The translations under genes and the position numbers were made by a program. 64,000 bases of DNA from assembly GCF_009914755.1 (NCBI RefSeq), contig NC_060944.1; one strand, given 5' to 3'. The notes beneath the pieces are model-generated. The model saw only the letters and a program-made list of their open reading frames with translations, had not been told where the DNA came from and searched no databases. This document shows, piece by piece, positions 24,298 through 39,200 of the stretch; the stretch's first letter is position 1; each line of letters begins with the position of its first letter. Source of the stretch: the human T2T-CHM13v2.0 reference genome, Homo sapiens.

Positions 24298-27200
24298 CAT
24301 TCTCAGAAACTTCTTTGTGATGCTTGCATTCAACTCACAGAGTTGAACATTCCCTTTCATACAGCAGTTTGGAAACACTCTTTTTCTAGAATCTGGAAGT
24401 GGACCTTTGGAGCGCTTTGAGGCCTAGGGTGAAAAAGGAAATATCCTCACCTAAGAATTAGACAGAAGCATTCTCAGAAACTTCTTTGTGATGTGTGTAG
24501 TCAACTCACAGAGTTGAACCTTTCTTTTGATACAGCAGTTTTGAAACACTCTTTTTGTAGAATCTGCAAGTGGTTATTTTGATAGCTTTGAGGCTTTCAT
24601 TGGAAACGGGAATATCTTCACATAAAAACTAGACAGAAGCATTCTCGGAAACTTCTTTATGAAGTTTGCATTCAACTCACAGAATTGAACTTTCCGTTCC
24701 ATACAGCAGTTTTGAAACTCTCTTTTTCTAGAATCTGTAAGTGGAAACTTGGAGCGCTTCGAGGCCTATGGTGAAAAAGGGAATATCTTCCCATAAAAAG
24801 TACACAGAAGAATTCTCAGTAACTACTTTGTGATGTGTGTACTCAACTCACAGAGTTGAACTTTTCTTTTGAAAGACAAGTTTTGAAACACTCTTTTTGT
24901 AGCATCTGCAAATGGGTATGTAGCCTGCTTTGAGGCCTTCATTGGAAACGAGAATATCTTCACATAAAACTAGACAGAAGCATTCTCAGAAACTTCATTG
25001 TGATGTGTGCATTCAACTCCCAGAGTTGAACCTCCCTTTTGATAGAGCAGTTCTGAAACAATCTTTTTGTAGTATCTGGAAGTGGACGTTTGGAGCGATT
25101 CGAGGCCTATGGTGAAAAAGGCAATATCTTAACCTAAAAACTAGACAGAAGCATTCTCAGAAACTGCTTTGTGATATGTGTAGTCAACTCACGGAGTTGA
25201 AACTTGGTTTTGATGCAGCAGTTTTGAAACACTCTTTTTGTTAGAATCTTCAAGTGGATATTTGGATAGCTTTGAGGCTTTCATTGGAAACGGGAATATC
25301 TACACATAAGAACTAGACAGAAGCATTCTCAGAAAGTTCTTTATGAAGTTCGCAATCAACTCACAGAGTTGTACCTTCCTTTTCACATAGCAGTTTTGAG
25401 ACATTGTTTTTGTAGAATCTGCAAGTGGACATTTGGAGTGATTTGAGACATAGGGTGAAAAAGGAATATCTTTCCATAAAAAGTAGACAGAAGCATTCTC
25501 ATAAACGACTTTCCGATTTGTGTATTCAACTCACAGAGTTAAACCTTTCCTTTGATACAGCCGTTTTTTAAACACACTTCTTGTAGAATTTACAAGCGGA
25601 TATAAGGACAGCAGTGAGGATTTCATCGGAAACGGAATATCTTCACATAAAAGTAGACAGAAGCATTCTCAGAAAGTTCTTTGTAATGTGTGCATTCAAC
25701 TCACAGAGTTGAAACTGTCTTCGATAGAGCAGATTGGAAGCCCTCTTTTTGTAGAAATTGCAAGTGGATATCTGGACAGCTTTGAGGTCTTAACTGGAAA
25801 TGAGTGTATCTTCACATAAACACTAGACAGAAGCATCCTCAGAAACATGTTCGTGATGCTTGCATTCAACTCACAGAATTGAACATTTCTTTTCCTAGAG
25901 CAGTTTAGAAACACTCTTTTTGTAGTATCTGGAAGTGGACATTTGGAGCAGTTTGAGGCCTAGGGTGAAAAAGGAAATAGCTTCACATAAAAACTAGACA
26001 GAAGCATTCTCTGAAACTTCTTTGTGATGTGTGTACTCAACTCACAGAGTTGAACTTATCTTCTCATAGATCAGATTTGAAACCCTCTTTTTGTAGAGTC
26101 TGCAAGTGCATATTTGGATAGCTTTGAGGATTTCATTGGAATCGGGAATATCTTCCCATAAAAACTAGAAAGAAGCATTCTCAGAAATTTCTTTGTGATG
26201 CTTGCATTCAACTCACAGAGTTGAACATTCCCTTTCATACAGCAGTTTGGAAACACTCTGTTTGTAGTGTCTGGAAGTGGACATTTGGAGCGCTTTGAGG
26301 CCTAGGGTGAAAAAGGAAATATCCTCACCTAAAAACTAGACAGAAGCATTCTCAGAAACTTCTTTGTGGTGTGTGTAGGCAACTCACAGAGTTGAACCTT
26401 TCTTTTGATACAGCAGTTTTGAAACACTCTTTTTGTAGAATCTGCAAGTGGTTATTTTGATAGCTTTGAGGCTTTCACTGGAAACGGGAATGTCTTCACA
26501 TAAAAACTAGACAGAAGCATTCTCAGAAACTTCTTTATGAAGTTTGCATTCAACTCACAGAGTTGAACTTTCCGTTCCATACAGCAGTTTTGAAACTCTC
26601 TTTTTCTAGAATCTGTAAGTGGAAACTTGGAGCGCTTCGAGGCCTATGGTGAAAAAGGGAATATCTTCCCCTAAAAAGTAGACAGAAGAATTCTCAGTAA
26701 CTATTTGTGATGTGTGTACTCAACTCACGGAGTTGAACTTTTCTTTTGAAAGAGAAGTTTTGAAACACCCTTTTTGTAGAATCTGCAAATGGGTATGTAG
26801 CCTACTTTGAGGCCTTCATTGGAAACGGGAATATCTTCACATAAAACTAGACAGAAGCATTCTCAGAAACTTCGTTGTGATGTGTGCATTCAACTCCCAG
26901 AGTTGAACCTCTCTTTTGATAGAGCAGTTCTGAAACAATCTTTTTGTGGTATCCGGAAGTGGACGTTTGGAGCGATTTGAGGCCTATGGTGAAAAAGGCA
27001 ATATCTTCAACTAAAAACTAGACAGAAGCATCCTCAGAAACTGCTTTGTGATATGTGTAGTCAACTCACGGAGTTGAAACTTTGTTTTGATGCAGCAGTT
27101 TTGAGGCACTCTTTTGTTAGAATCTTCAAGTGGATATTTGGATAGCTTTGAGGCTTTCATTGGAAACGGGAATATCTACACATAAGAACTAGACAGAAGC

Positions 27201-30200
27201 ATTCTCAGAAAGTTCTTTATGAAGTTCGCATTCAACTCACAGAGTTGTACCTTCCTTTTCACACAGCAGTTTTGAGACATTCTTTTTGTAGATTCTGCAA
27301 GTGGACATTTGGAGTGATTTGAGACATAGGGTGAAAAAGGAATATCTTTCCATAAAAAGTAGACAGAAGCATTCTCATAAACGACTTTCCGATTTGTGTA
27401 TTCAACTCACAGAGTTAAACCTTTCCTTTGATACAGCCGTTTTTTAAACACACTTCTTGTAGAATTTACAAGCGGATATAAGGACAGCAGTGAGGATTTC
27501 ATCGGAAACGGAATATCTTCACATAAAAGTAGACAGAAGCATTCTCAGAAAGTTCTTTGTAATGTGTGCATTCAACTCACAGAGTTGAAACTGTCTTCGA
27601 TAGAGCAGATTGGAAGCCCTCTTTTTGTAGAAATTGCAAGTGGATATCTGGACAGCTTTGAGGTCTTAACTGGAAATGAGTGTATCTTCACATAAACACT
27701 AGACAGAAGCATCCTCAGAAACATGTTGGTGATGCTTGCATTCAACTCACAGAATTGAACATTTCTTTTCCTAGAGCAGTTTAGAAACACTCTTTTTGTA
27801 GTATCTGGAAGTGGACATTTGGAGCAGTTTGAGGCCTAGGGTGAAAAAGGAAATAGCTTCACATAAAAACTAGACAGAAGCATTCTCTGAAACTTCTTTG
27901 TGATGTGTGTACTCAACTCACAGAGTTGAACTTATCTTCTCATAGATCAGATTTGAAACCCTCTTTTTGTAGAGTCTGCAAGTGCATATTTGGATAGCTT
28001 TGAGGATTTCATTGGAATCGGGAATATCTTCCCATAAAAACTAGAAAGAAGCATTCTCAGAAATTTCTTTGTGATGCTTGCATTCAACTCACAGAGTTGA
28101 ACATTCCCTTTCATACAGCAGTTTGGAAACACTCTGTTTGTAGTGTCTGGAAGTGGACATTTGGAGCGCTTTGAGGCCTAGGGTGAAAAAGGAAATATCC
28201 TCACCTAAAAACTAGACAGAAGCATTCTCAGAAACTTCTTTGTGGTGTGTGTAGGCAACTCACAGAGTTGAACCTTTCTTTTGATACAGCAGTTTTGAAA
28301 CACTCTTTTTGTAGGATCTGCAAGTGGTTATTTTGATAGCTTTGAGGCTTTCACTGGAAACGGGAATGTCTTCACATAAAAACTAGACAGAAGCATTCTC
28401 AGAAACTTCTTTATGAAGTTTGCATTCAACTCACAGAGTTGAACTTTCCGTTCCATACAGCAGTTTTGAAACTCTCTTTTTCTAGAATCTGTAAGTGGAA
28501 ACTTGGAGCGCTTCGAGGCCTATGGTGAAAAAGGGAATATCTTCCCCTAAAAAGTAGACAGAAGAATTCTCAGTAACTATTTGTGATGTGTGTACTCAAC
28601 TCACGGAGTTGAACTTTTCTTTTGAAAGAGAAGTTTTGAAACACCCTTTTTGTAGAATCTGCAAATGGGTATGTAGCCTACTTTGAGGCCTTCATTGGAA
28701 ACGGGAATATCTTCACATAAAACTAGACAGAAGCATTCTCAGAAACTTCGTTGTGATGTGTGCATTCAACTCCCAGAGTTGAACCTCTCTTTTGATAGAG
28801 CAGTTCTGAAACAATCTTTTTGTGGTATCCGGAAGTGGACGTTTGGAGCGATTTGAGGCCTATGGTGAAAAAGGCAATATCTTCACCTAAAAACTAGACA
28901 GAAGCATCCTCAGAAACTGCTTTGTGATATGTGTAGTCAACTCACGGAGTTGAAACTTTGTTTTGATGCAGCAGTTTTGAGGCACTCTTTTGTTAGAATC
29001 TTCAAGTGGATATTTGGATAGCTTTGAGGCTTTCATTGGAAACGGGAATATCTACACATAAGAACTAGACAGAAGCATTCTCAGAAAGTACTTTATGAAG
29101 TTCGCATTCAACTCACAGAGTTGTACCTTCCTTTTCACACAGCAGTTTCGAGACATTCTTTTTGTAGAATCTGCCAGTGGACATTTGGAGTGATTTGAGA
29201 CATAGGGTGAAAAAGGAAAATCTTCTCATAAAAAGTAGACAGAAGCATTCTCAGAAACGAGTTTCTGATTTGTGTACTCAACTCACACAGTTAAACCTTT
29301 CCTATGATACAGCAGTTTGGAAACACTCTTCTTGTAGAATTGACAAGCGGATATAAGGACAGCAGTGAGGATTTCATCGGAAACGGAATATCTTCACATA
29401 AAAGTAGACAGAAGCATTCTCAGAAAGTTCTGTGTAATGTGTGCATTCAACTCACAGAGTTGAAACTTTCTTTTGATAGAGCAGATTGGAATCCCTCTTT
29501 TTGTAGAATTTGCAAGTGGATATCTAGACAGCTTTGAGGCCTTCCCTGGAAACGAGTGTATCTTCACATAAACACTAGACAGAAGCATCCTCAGAAACTT
29601 GTTGGTGATGCTTGCATTCAACTCACAGAATTGAACATTTCTTTTCCTAGAGCAGTTTTGAAACACTCTTTTCGTAGTATCTGGAAGTGGACATTTGGAG
29701 CACTTTGAGGCCTAGGGTGAAAAAGGAAATATCTTCACATAAAAACTAGACCGAAGCATTCTCTGAAACTTCTTTGTGATGTGTGTACTCAACTCACAGA
29801 GTTGAAATTATCTTCTCATAGATCAGATTTGAAACCCTCCTTTTGTAGAGTCTGCAAGTGCATATTTGGATAGCTTTGAGGATTTCATTGGAATCGGGAA
29901 TATCTTCCCATAAAAACTAGAAAGAAGCATTCTCAGAAATTTCTTTGTGATGCTTGCATTCAACTCACAGAGTTTAACATTCCCTTTTATACAGCAGTTT
30001 GGAAACACTCTTTTTGTAGTGTCTGGAAGTGGACCTTTGGAGCGCTTTGAGGCCTCGGGTGAAAAAGGAAATATCCTCACCTAAAAACTAGGCAGAAGCA
30101 TTCTCAGAAACTTCTTTGTGATGTGTGTAGTCAACTCACAGAGTTGAAACTTTCTTTTGATACAGCAGTTTTGAAACACTCTTTTTGTAGAACCTGCAAG

Positions 30201-33200
30201 TGGTTATTTTGATAGGTTTGAGGCTTTCACTGGAAACGGGAATGTCTTCATATAAAAACTAGACAGAAGCATTCTCAGAAACTTCTTTATGAAGTTTGCA
30301 TTCAACTCACAGAGTTGAACTTTCCGTTCCATACAGCAGTTTTGAAACTCTCTTTTTCTAGAATCTGTAAGTGGAAACTTGGAGCACTTCGAGGCCTATG
30401 GTGAAAAAGGGAATATCTTCCCCTAAAAAGTAGACAGAAGAATTCTCAGTAACTACTTTGTGATGTGTGTACTCAACTCACGGAGTTGAACTTTTCTTTT
30501 GAAAGAGAAGTTTTGAAACACCCTTTTTGTAGAATCTGCAAATGGGTATGTAGCCTGCTTTGAGGCCTTCATTGGAAACGGGAATATCTTCACATAAAAC
30601 TAGACAGAAGCATTCTCAGAAACTTCGTTGTGATGTGTGCATTCAACTCCCAGAGTTGAACCTCTCTTTTGATAGAGCAGTTCTGAAACAATCTTTTTGT
30701 GGTATCCGGAAGTGGACGTTGGGGGCGATTTGAGGCCTATGGTGAAAAAGGCAATATCTTCACCTAAAATCTAGACAGAAGCATCCTCAGAAACTGCTTT
30801 GTGATATGTGTAGTCAACTCACGGAGTTGAAACTTTGTTTTGATGCAGCAGTTTTGAGACACTCTTTTGTTAGAATCTTCAAGTGGATATTTGGATAGCT
30901 TTGAGGCTTTCATTGGAAACGGGAATATCTACAGATAAGAACTAGACAGAAGCATTCTCAGAAAGTTCTTTATGAAATTCGCATTCAACTCACAGAGTTG
31001 TACCTTGCTTTTCACACAGCAGTTTTGAGACATTCTTTTTGTAGATTCTGCAAGTGGACATTTGGAGTGATTTGAGACATAGCGTGAAAAAGGAATATCT
31101 TCCAATAAAAAGTAGACAGAAGCATTCTCAGAAACGAGTTTCTGATTTGTGTACTCAACCCACAGAGTTAAACCTTTCCTATGATACATCAGTTTGGAAA
31201 CACTCTTCTTGTAGAATTTACAAGCGGATATAAGGACAGCAGTGAGGATTTCATCGGAAACGGAATATCTTCACATAAAATAGACAGAAGCATTCTCAGA
31301 AAGTTCTGTGTAATGTGTGCATTCAACTCACAGAGTTGAAACTTTCTTTTGATAGAGCAGATTGGAATCCCTCTTTTTGTAGAATTTGCAAGTGGATATC
31401 TAGACAGCTTTGAGGCCTTCCCTGGAAACGAGTGTTTCTTCACATAAACACTAGACAGAAGCATCCTCACAAACTTGTTGGTGATGCTTGCATTCAACTC
31501 ACAGAATTGAACATTTCTTTTCCTAGAGCAGTTTTGAAACACTCTTTTTGTAGTATCTGGAAGTGGACATTTGGAGCACTTTGAGGCCTAAGGTGAAAAA
31601 GGAAATATCTTCACATAAAAACTAGACAGAAGCATTCTCTGAAACTTCTTTGTGATGTGTGTACTCAACTCACAGAGTTGAACTTATGTTCTCATAGATC
31701 AGATTTGAAACCCTCTTTTTGTAGAGTCTGCAAGTGCATATTTGGATAGCTTTGAGGATTTCATTGGAATCGGGAATATCTTCCCATAAAAACTAGAAAG
31801 AAGCATTCTCAGAAATTTCTTTGTGATGCTTGCATTCAACTCACAGAGTTGAACATTCCCTTTCATACAGGAGTTTGGAAACACTCTTTTTGTAGTGTCT
31901 GGAAGTGGACCTTTGGAGCGCTTTGAGGCCTAGGGTGAAAAAGGAAATATCCTCACCTAAAAACTAGACAGAAGCATTCTCAGAAACTTCTTTGTGATGT
32001 GTGTAGTCAACTCACAGAGTTGAACCTTTGTTTTGATACAGCAGTTTTGAAACACTCTTTTTGTAGAATCTGCAAGTGGTTATTTTGATAGCTTTGAGGC
32101 TTTCACTGGAAACGGGAATGTCTTCACATAAAAACTAGACAGCAGCATTCTCAGAAACTTCTTTATGAAGTTTGCATTCAACTCACAGAGTTGAACTTTC
32201 CGTTCCATACAGCAGTTTTGAAACTCTCTTTTTCTAGAATCTGTAAGTGGAAACTTGGAGCGCTTCGAGGCCTATGGTGAAAAAGGGAATATCTTCCCCT
32301 AAAAAGTAGACAGAAGAATTCTCAGTAACTACTTTGTGATGTGTGTACTCAACTCACGGAGTTGAACTTTTCTTTTGAAAGAGAAGTTTTGAAACACCCT
32401 TTTTGTAGAATCTGCAAATGGGTATGTAGCCTGCTTTGAGGCCTTCATTGGAAACGGGAATATCTTCACATAAAACTAGACAGAAGCATTCTCAGAAACT
32501 TCGTTGTGATGTGTGCATTCAACTCCCAGAGTTGAACCTCTCTTTTGATAGAGCAGTTCTGAAACAATCTTTTTGTGGTATCCGGAAGTGGACGTTGGGA
32601 GCGATTTGAGGCCTATGGTGAAAAAGGCAATATCTTCACCTAAAAACTAGACAGAAGCATCCTCAGAAACTGCTTTGTGATATGTGTAGTCAACCCACGG
32701 AGTTGAAACTTTGTTTTGATGCAGCAGTTTTGAGACACTCTTTTGTTAGAATCTTCAAGTGGATATTTGGATAGCTTTGAGGCTTTCATTGGAAACGGGA
32801 ATATCTACACATAAGAACTAGACAGAAGCATTCTCAGAAAGTTCTTTATGAAGTTCGCATTCAACTCACAGAGTTGTACCTTCCTTTTCACACAGCAGTT
32901 TTGAGACATTCTTTTTGTAGATTCTGCAAGTGGACATTTGGAGTGATTTGAGACATAGGGTGAAAAAGGAATATCTTCTCATAAAAAGTAGACAGAAGCA
33001 TTCTCAGAAACGAGTTTCTGATTTGTGTACTCAACTCACAGAGTTAAACCTTTCCTATGATACTGCAGTTTGGAAACACTCTTCTTGTAGAATTTACAAG
33101 CGTATATAAGGACAGCAGTGAGGATTTCATCGGAAACGGAATATCTTCACAAAAAAGTAGACAGAAGCATTCTCAGAAAGTTCAGTGTAATGTGTGCATT

Positions 33201-36200
33201 CAACTCACAGAGTTGAAACTTTCTTTTGATAGAGCAGATTGGAATCCCTCTTTTTGTAGAATTTGCAAGTGGATATCCAGACAGCTTTGAGGCCTTCCCT
33301 GGAAACGAGTGTATCTTCACATAAACACTAGACAGAAGCATCCTCAGAAAGTTGTTGGTGATGCTTGCATTCAACTCACAGAATTGAACATTTCTTTTCC
33401 TAGAGCAGTTTTGAAACACTCTTTTTGTAGTATCTGGAAGTGGACATTTGGAGCACTTTGAGGCCTAGGGTGAAAAAGGAAATAGCTTCACATAAAAACT
33501 AGACAGAAGCATTCTCTGAAACTTCTTTGTGATGTGTGTACTCAACTCACAGAGTTGAACTTATCTTCTCATAGATCAGATTTGAAACCCTCTTTTTGTA
33601 GAGTCTGCAAGTGCATATTTGGATAGCTTTGAGGATTTCATTGGAATCGGGAATATCTTCCCATAAAAACTAGAAAGAAGCATTCTCAGAAATTTCTTTG
33701 TGATGCTTGCATTCAACTCACAGAGTTGAACATTCCCTTTCATACAGCAGTTTGGAAACACTCTTTTTGTAGTGTCTGGAAGTGGACCTTTGGAGCGCTT
33801 TGAGGCCTAGGGTGAAAAAGGAAATATCCTCACCTAAAAACTAGACAGAAGCATTCTCAGAAACTTCTTTGTGATGTGTGTAGTCAACTCACAGAGTTGA
33901 ACCTTTGTTTTGATACAGCAGTTTTGAAACACTCTTTTTGTAGAATCTGCAAGTGGTTATTTTGATAGCTTTGAGGCTTTCATTGGAAACGGGAATGTCT
34001 TCACATAAAAACTAGACAGAAGCATTCTCAGAAACTTCTTTATGAAGTTTGCATTCAACTCACAGAGTTGAACTTTCCGTTCCATACAGCAGTTTTGAAA
34101 CTCTCTTTTTCTAGAATCTGTAAGTGGAAACTTGGAGCGCTTCGAGGCCTATGGTGAAAAAGGGAATATCTTCCACTAAAAAGTAGACAGAAGAATTCTC
34201 AGTAACTACTTTGTGATGTGTGTACTCAACTCACGGAGTTGAACTTTTCTTTTGAAAGAGAAGTTTTGAAACACCCTTTTTGTAGAATCTGCAAATGGGT
34301 ATGTAGCCTGCTTTGAGGCCTTCATTGGAAACGGGAATATCTTCACATAAAACTAGACAGAAGCATTCTCAGAAACTTCGTTGTGATGTGTGCATTCAAC
34401 TCCCAGAGTTGAACCTCTCTTTTGATAGAGCAGTTCTGAAACAATCTTTTTGTGGTATCCGGAAGTGGACGTTTGGAGCGATTTGAGGCCTATGGTGAAA
34501 AAGGCAATATCTTCACCTAAAAACTAGACAGAAGCATCCTCAGAAACTGCTTTGTGATATGTGTAGTCAACTCACGGAGTTGAAACTTTGTTTTGATGCA
34601 GCAGTTTTGAGGCACTCTTTTGTTAGAATCTTCAAGTGGATATTTGGATAGCTTTGAGGCTTTCATTGGAAACGGGAATATCTACACATAAGAACTAGAC
34701 AGAAGCATTCTCAGAAAGTTCTTTATGAAGTTCGCATTCAACTCACAGAGTTGTACCTTCCTTTTCACACAGCAGTTTTGAGACATTCTTTTTGTAGATT
34801 CTGCAAGTGGACATTTGGAGTGATTTGAGACATAGGGTGAAAAAGGAAAATCTTCTCATAAAAAGTAGACAGAAGCATTCTCAGAAACGAGTTTCTGATT
34901 TGTGTACTCAACTCACACAGTTAAACCTTTCCTATGATACAGCAGTTTGGAAACACTCTTCTTGTAGAATTTACAAGCGGATATAAGGACAGCAGTGAGG
35001 ATTTCATCGGAAACGGAATATCTTTACATAAAAGTAGACAGAAGCATTCTCAGAAAGTTCTGTGTAATGTGTGCATTCAACTCACAGAGTTGAAACTTTC
35101 TTTTGATAGAGCAGATTGGAATCCCTCTTTTTGTAGAATTTGCAAGTGGATATCTAGACAGCTTTGAGGCCTTCCCTGGAAACGAGTGTATCTTCACATA
35201 AACACTAGACAGAAGCATCCTCAGAAACTTGTTGGTGATGCTTGCATTCAACTCACAGAATTGAACATTTCTTTTCCTAGAGCAGTTTTGAAACACTCTT
35301 TTTGTAGTATCTGGAAGTGGAGATTTGGAGCACTTTGAGGCCTAGGGTGAAAAAGGAAATAGCTTCACATAAAAACTAGACAGAAGCATTCTCTGAAACT
35401 TCTTTGTGATGTGTGTACTCAACTCACAGAGTTGAACTTATCTTCTCATAGATCAGATTTGAAACCCTCTTTTTGTAGAGTCTGCAAGTGCATATTTGGA
35501 TAGCTTTGAGGATTTCATTGGAATCGGGAATATCTTCCCATAAAAACTAGAAAGAAGCATTCTCAGAAATTTCTTTGTGATGCTTGCATTCAACTCACAG
35601 AGTTGAACATTCCCTTTCATACAGCAGTTTGGAAACACTCTTTTTGTAGTGTCTGGAAGTGGACCTTTGGAGCGCTTTGAGGCCTAGGGTGAAAAAGGAA
35701 ATATCCTCACCTAAAAACTAGACAGAAGCATTCTCAGAAACTTCTTTGTGGTGTGTGTAGGCAACTCACAGAGTTGAACCTTTCTTTTGATACAGCAGTT
35801 TTGAAACACTCTTTTTGTAGAATCTGCAAGTGGTTATTTTGATAGCTTTGAGGCTTTCACTGGAAACGGGAATGTCTTCACATAAAAACTAGACAGAAGC
35901 ATTCTCAGAAACTTCTTTATGAAGTTTGCATTCAACTCACAGAGTTGAACTTTCCGTTCCATACAGCAGTTTTGAAACTCTCTTTTTCTAGAATCTGTAA
36001 GTGGAAACTTGGAGCGCTTCGAGGCCTATGGTGAAAAAGGGAATATCTTCCCCTAAAAAGTAGACAGAAGAATTCTCAGTAACTATTTGTGATGTGTGTA
36101 CTCAACTCACGGAGTTGAACTTTTCTTTTGAAAGTGAAGTTTTGAAACACCCTTTTTGTAGGATCTGCAAATGGGTATGTAGCCTGCTTTGAGGCCTTCA

Positions 36201-39200
36201 TTGGAAACGGGAATATCTTCACATAAAACTAGACAGAAGCATTCTCAGAAACTTCGTTGTGATGTGTGCATTCAACTCCCAGAGTTGAACCTCTCTTTTG
36301 ATAGAGCAGTTCTGAAACAATCTTTTTGTGGTATCCAGAAGTGGACGTTGGGGGCGATTTGAGGCCTATGGTGAAAAAGGCAATATCTTCACCTAAAATC
36401 TAGACAGAAGCATCCTCAGAAACTGCTTTGTGATATGTGTAGTCAACTCACGGAGTTGAAACTTTGTTTTGATGCAGCAGTTTTGAAACACTCTTTTGTT
36501 AGAATCTTCAAGTGGATATTTGGATAGCTTTGAGGCTTTCATTGGAAACGGGAATATCTACACATAAGAACTAGACAGAAGCATTCTCAGAAAGTTCTTT
36601 ATGAAGTTCGCATTCAACTCACAGAGTTGTACCTTCCTTTTCACACAGCATTTTTGAGACATTCTTTTTGTAGATTCTGCAAGTGGACATTTGGAGTGAT
36701 TTGAGACATAGCGTGAAAAAGGAATATCTTCCAATAAAAAGTAGACAGAAGCATTCTCAGAAACGAGTTTCTGATTTGTGTACTCAACTCACAGAGTTAA
36801 ACCTTTCCTATGATACAGCAGTTTGGAAACACTCTTCTTGTAGAATTTACAAGCGGATATAAGGACAGCAGTGAGGATTTCATCGGAAACGGAATATCTT
36901 CACATAAAAGTAGACAGAAGCATTCTCAGAAAGTTCTGTGTAATGTGTGCATTCAACTCACAGAGTTGAAACTTTCTTTTGATAGAGCAGATTGGAATCC
37001 CTCTTTTTGTAGAATTTGCAAGTGGATATCTAGACAGCTTTGAGGCCTTCCCTGGAAACGAGTGTATCTTCACATAAACACTAGACAGAAGCATCCTCAG
37101 AAACTTGTTGGTGATGCTTGCATTCAACTCACAGAATTGAACATTTCTTTTCCTAGAGCAGTTTTGAAACACTCTTTTTGTAGTATCTGGAAGTGGACAT
37201 TTGGAGCACTTTGAGGCCTAAGGTGAAAAAGGAAATATCTTCACATAAAAACTAGACAGAAGCATTCTCTGAAACTTCTTTGTGATGTGTGTACTCAACT
37301 CACAGAGTTGAACTTATCTTCTCATAGATCAGATTTGAAACCCTCTTTTTGTAGAGTCTGCAAGTGCATATTTGGATAGCTTTGAGGATTTCATTGGAAA
37401 CTGGAATATCTTCCCATAAAAACTAGAAAGAAGCATTCTCAGAAATTTCTTTGTGATGCTTGCATTCAACTCACAGAGTTGAACATTCCCTTCCATACAG
37501 CAGTTTGGAAACACTCTTTTTGTAGTATCTGGAAGTGGACCTTTGGAGCGCTTTGAGGCCTAGGGTGAAAAAGGAAATATCCTCACCTGAAAACTAGACA
37601 GAAGCATTCTCAGAAACTTCTTTGTGATGTGTGTAGTCAACTCACAGAGTTGAACCTTTCTTTTGATACAGCAGTTTTGAAACACTCTTTTTGTAGAATC
37701 TGCAAGTGGTTATTTTGATAGCTTTGAGGCTTTCACTGGAAACGGGAATGTCTTCACATAAAAACTAGACAGAAGCATTCTCAGAAACTTCTTTATGAAG
37801 TTTGCATTCAACTCACAGAGTTGAACTTTCCGTTCCATACAGCAGTTTTGAAACTCTCTTTTTCTAGAATCTGTAAGTGGAAACTTGGAGCGCTTCGAGG
37901 CCTATGGTGAAAAAGGGAATATCTTCCCCTAAAAAGTAGACAGAAGAATTCTCAGTAACTACTTTGTGATGTGTGTACTCAACTCACGGAGTTGAACTTT
38001 TCTTTTGAAAGAGAAGTTTTGAAACACCCTTTTTGTAGAATCTGCAAATGGGTATGTAGCCTGCTTTGAGGCCTTCATTGGAAACGGGAATATCTTCACA
38101 TAAAACTAGACAGAAGCATTCTCAGAAACTTCGTTGTGATGTGTGCATTCAACTCCCAGAGTTGAACCTCTCTTTTGATAGAGCAGTTCTGAAACAATCT
38201 TTTTGTGGTATCCGGAAGTGGACGTTGGGAGCGATTTGAGGCCGATGGTGAAAAAGGCAATATCTTCACCTAAAAACTAGACAGAAGCATCCTCAGAAAC
38301 TGCTTTGTGATATGTGTAGTCAACTCACGGAGTTGAAACTTGGTTTTGATGCAGCAGTTTTGAGACACTCTTTTGTTAGAATCTTCAAGTGGATATTTGG
38401 ATAGCTTTGAGGCTTTCAATGGAAACGGGAATATCTACACATAAGAACTAGACAGAAGCATTCTCAGAAAGTTCTTTATGAAGTTCGCATTCAACTCACA
38501 GAGTTGTACCTTCCTTTTCACACAGCAGTTTTGAGACATTCTTTCTGTAGATTCTGCAAGTGGACATTTGGAGTGATTTGAGACATAGGGTGAAAAAGGA
38601 ATATCTTCTCATAAAAAGTAGACAGAAGCATTCTCAGAAACGAGTTTCTGATTTGTGTACTCAACTCACACAGTTAAACCTTTCCTATGATACAGCAGTT
38701 TGGAAACACTCTTCTTGTAGAATTTACAAGCGGATATAAGGACAGCAGTGAGGATTTCATCGGAAACGGAATATCTTCACATAAAAGTAGACAGAAGCAT
38801 TCTCAGAAAGTTCTGTGTAATGTGTGCATTCAACTCACAGAGTTGAAACTTTCTTTTGATAGAGCAGATTGGAATCCCTCTTTTTGTAGAATTTGCAAGT
38901 GGATATCTAGACAGCTTTGAGGCCTTCCCTGGAAACGAGTGTATCTTCACATAAACACTAGACAGAAGCATCCTCAGAAACTTGTTGGTGATGCTTGCAT
39001 TCAACTCACAGAATTGAACATTTCTTTTCCTAGAGCAGTTTTGAAACACTCTTTTTGTAGTATCTGGAAGTGGAGATTTGGAGCACTTTGAGGCCTAGGG
39101 TGAAAAAGGAAATAGCTTCACATAAAAACTAGACAGAAGCATTCTCTGAAACTTCTTTGTGATGTGTGTACTCAACTCACAGAGTTGAACTTATCTTCTC

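Noticed and set aside
30929-31542. Abutting longer ORF pair (86 and 117 aa, again at 47137-47750) resembling an operon
   Set aside because: Created by a 1-bp deletion and SNVs in one HOR haplotype; useful only as a haplotype marker.
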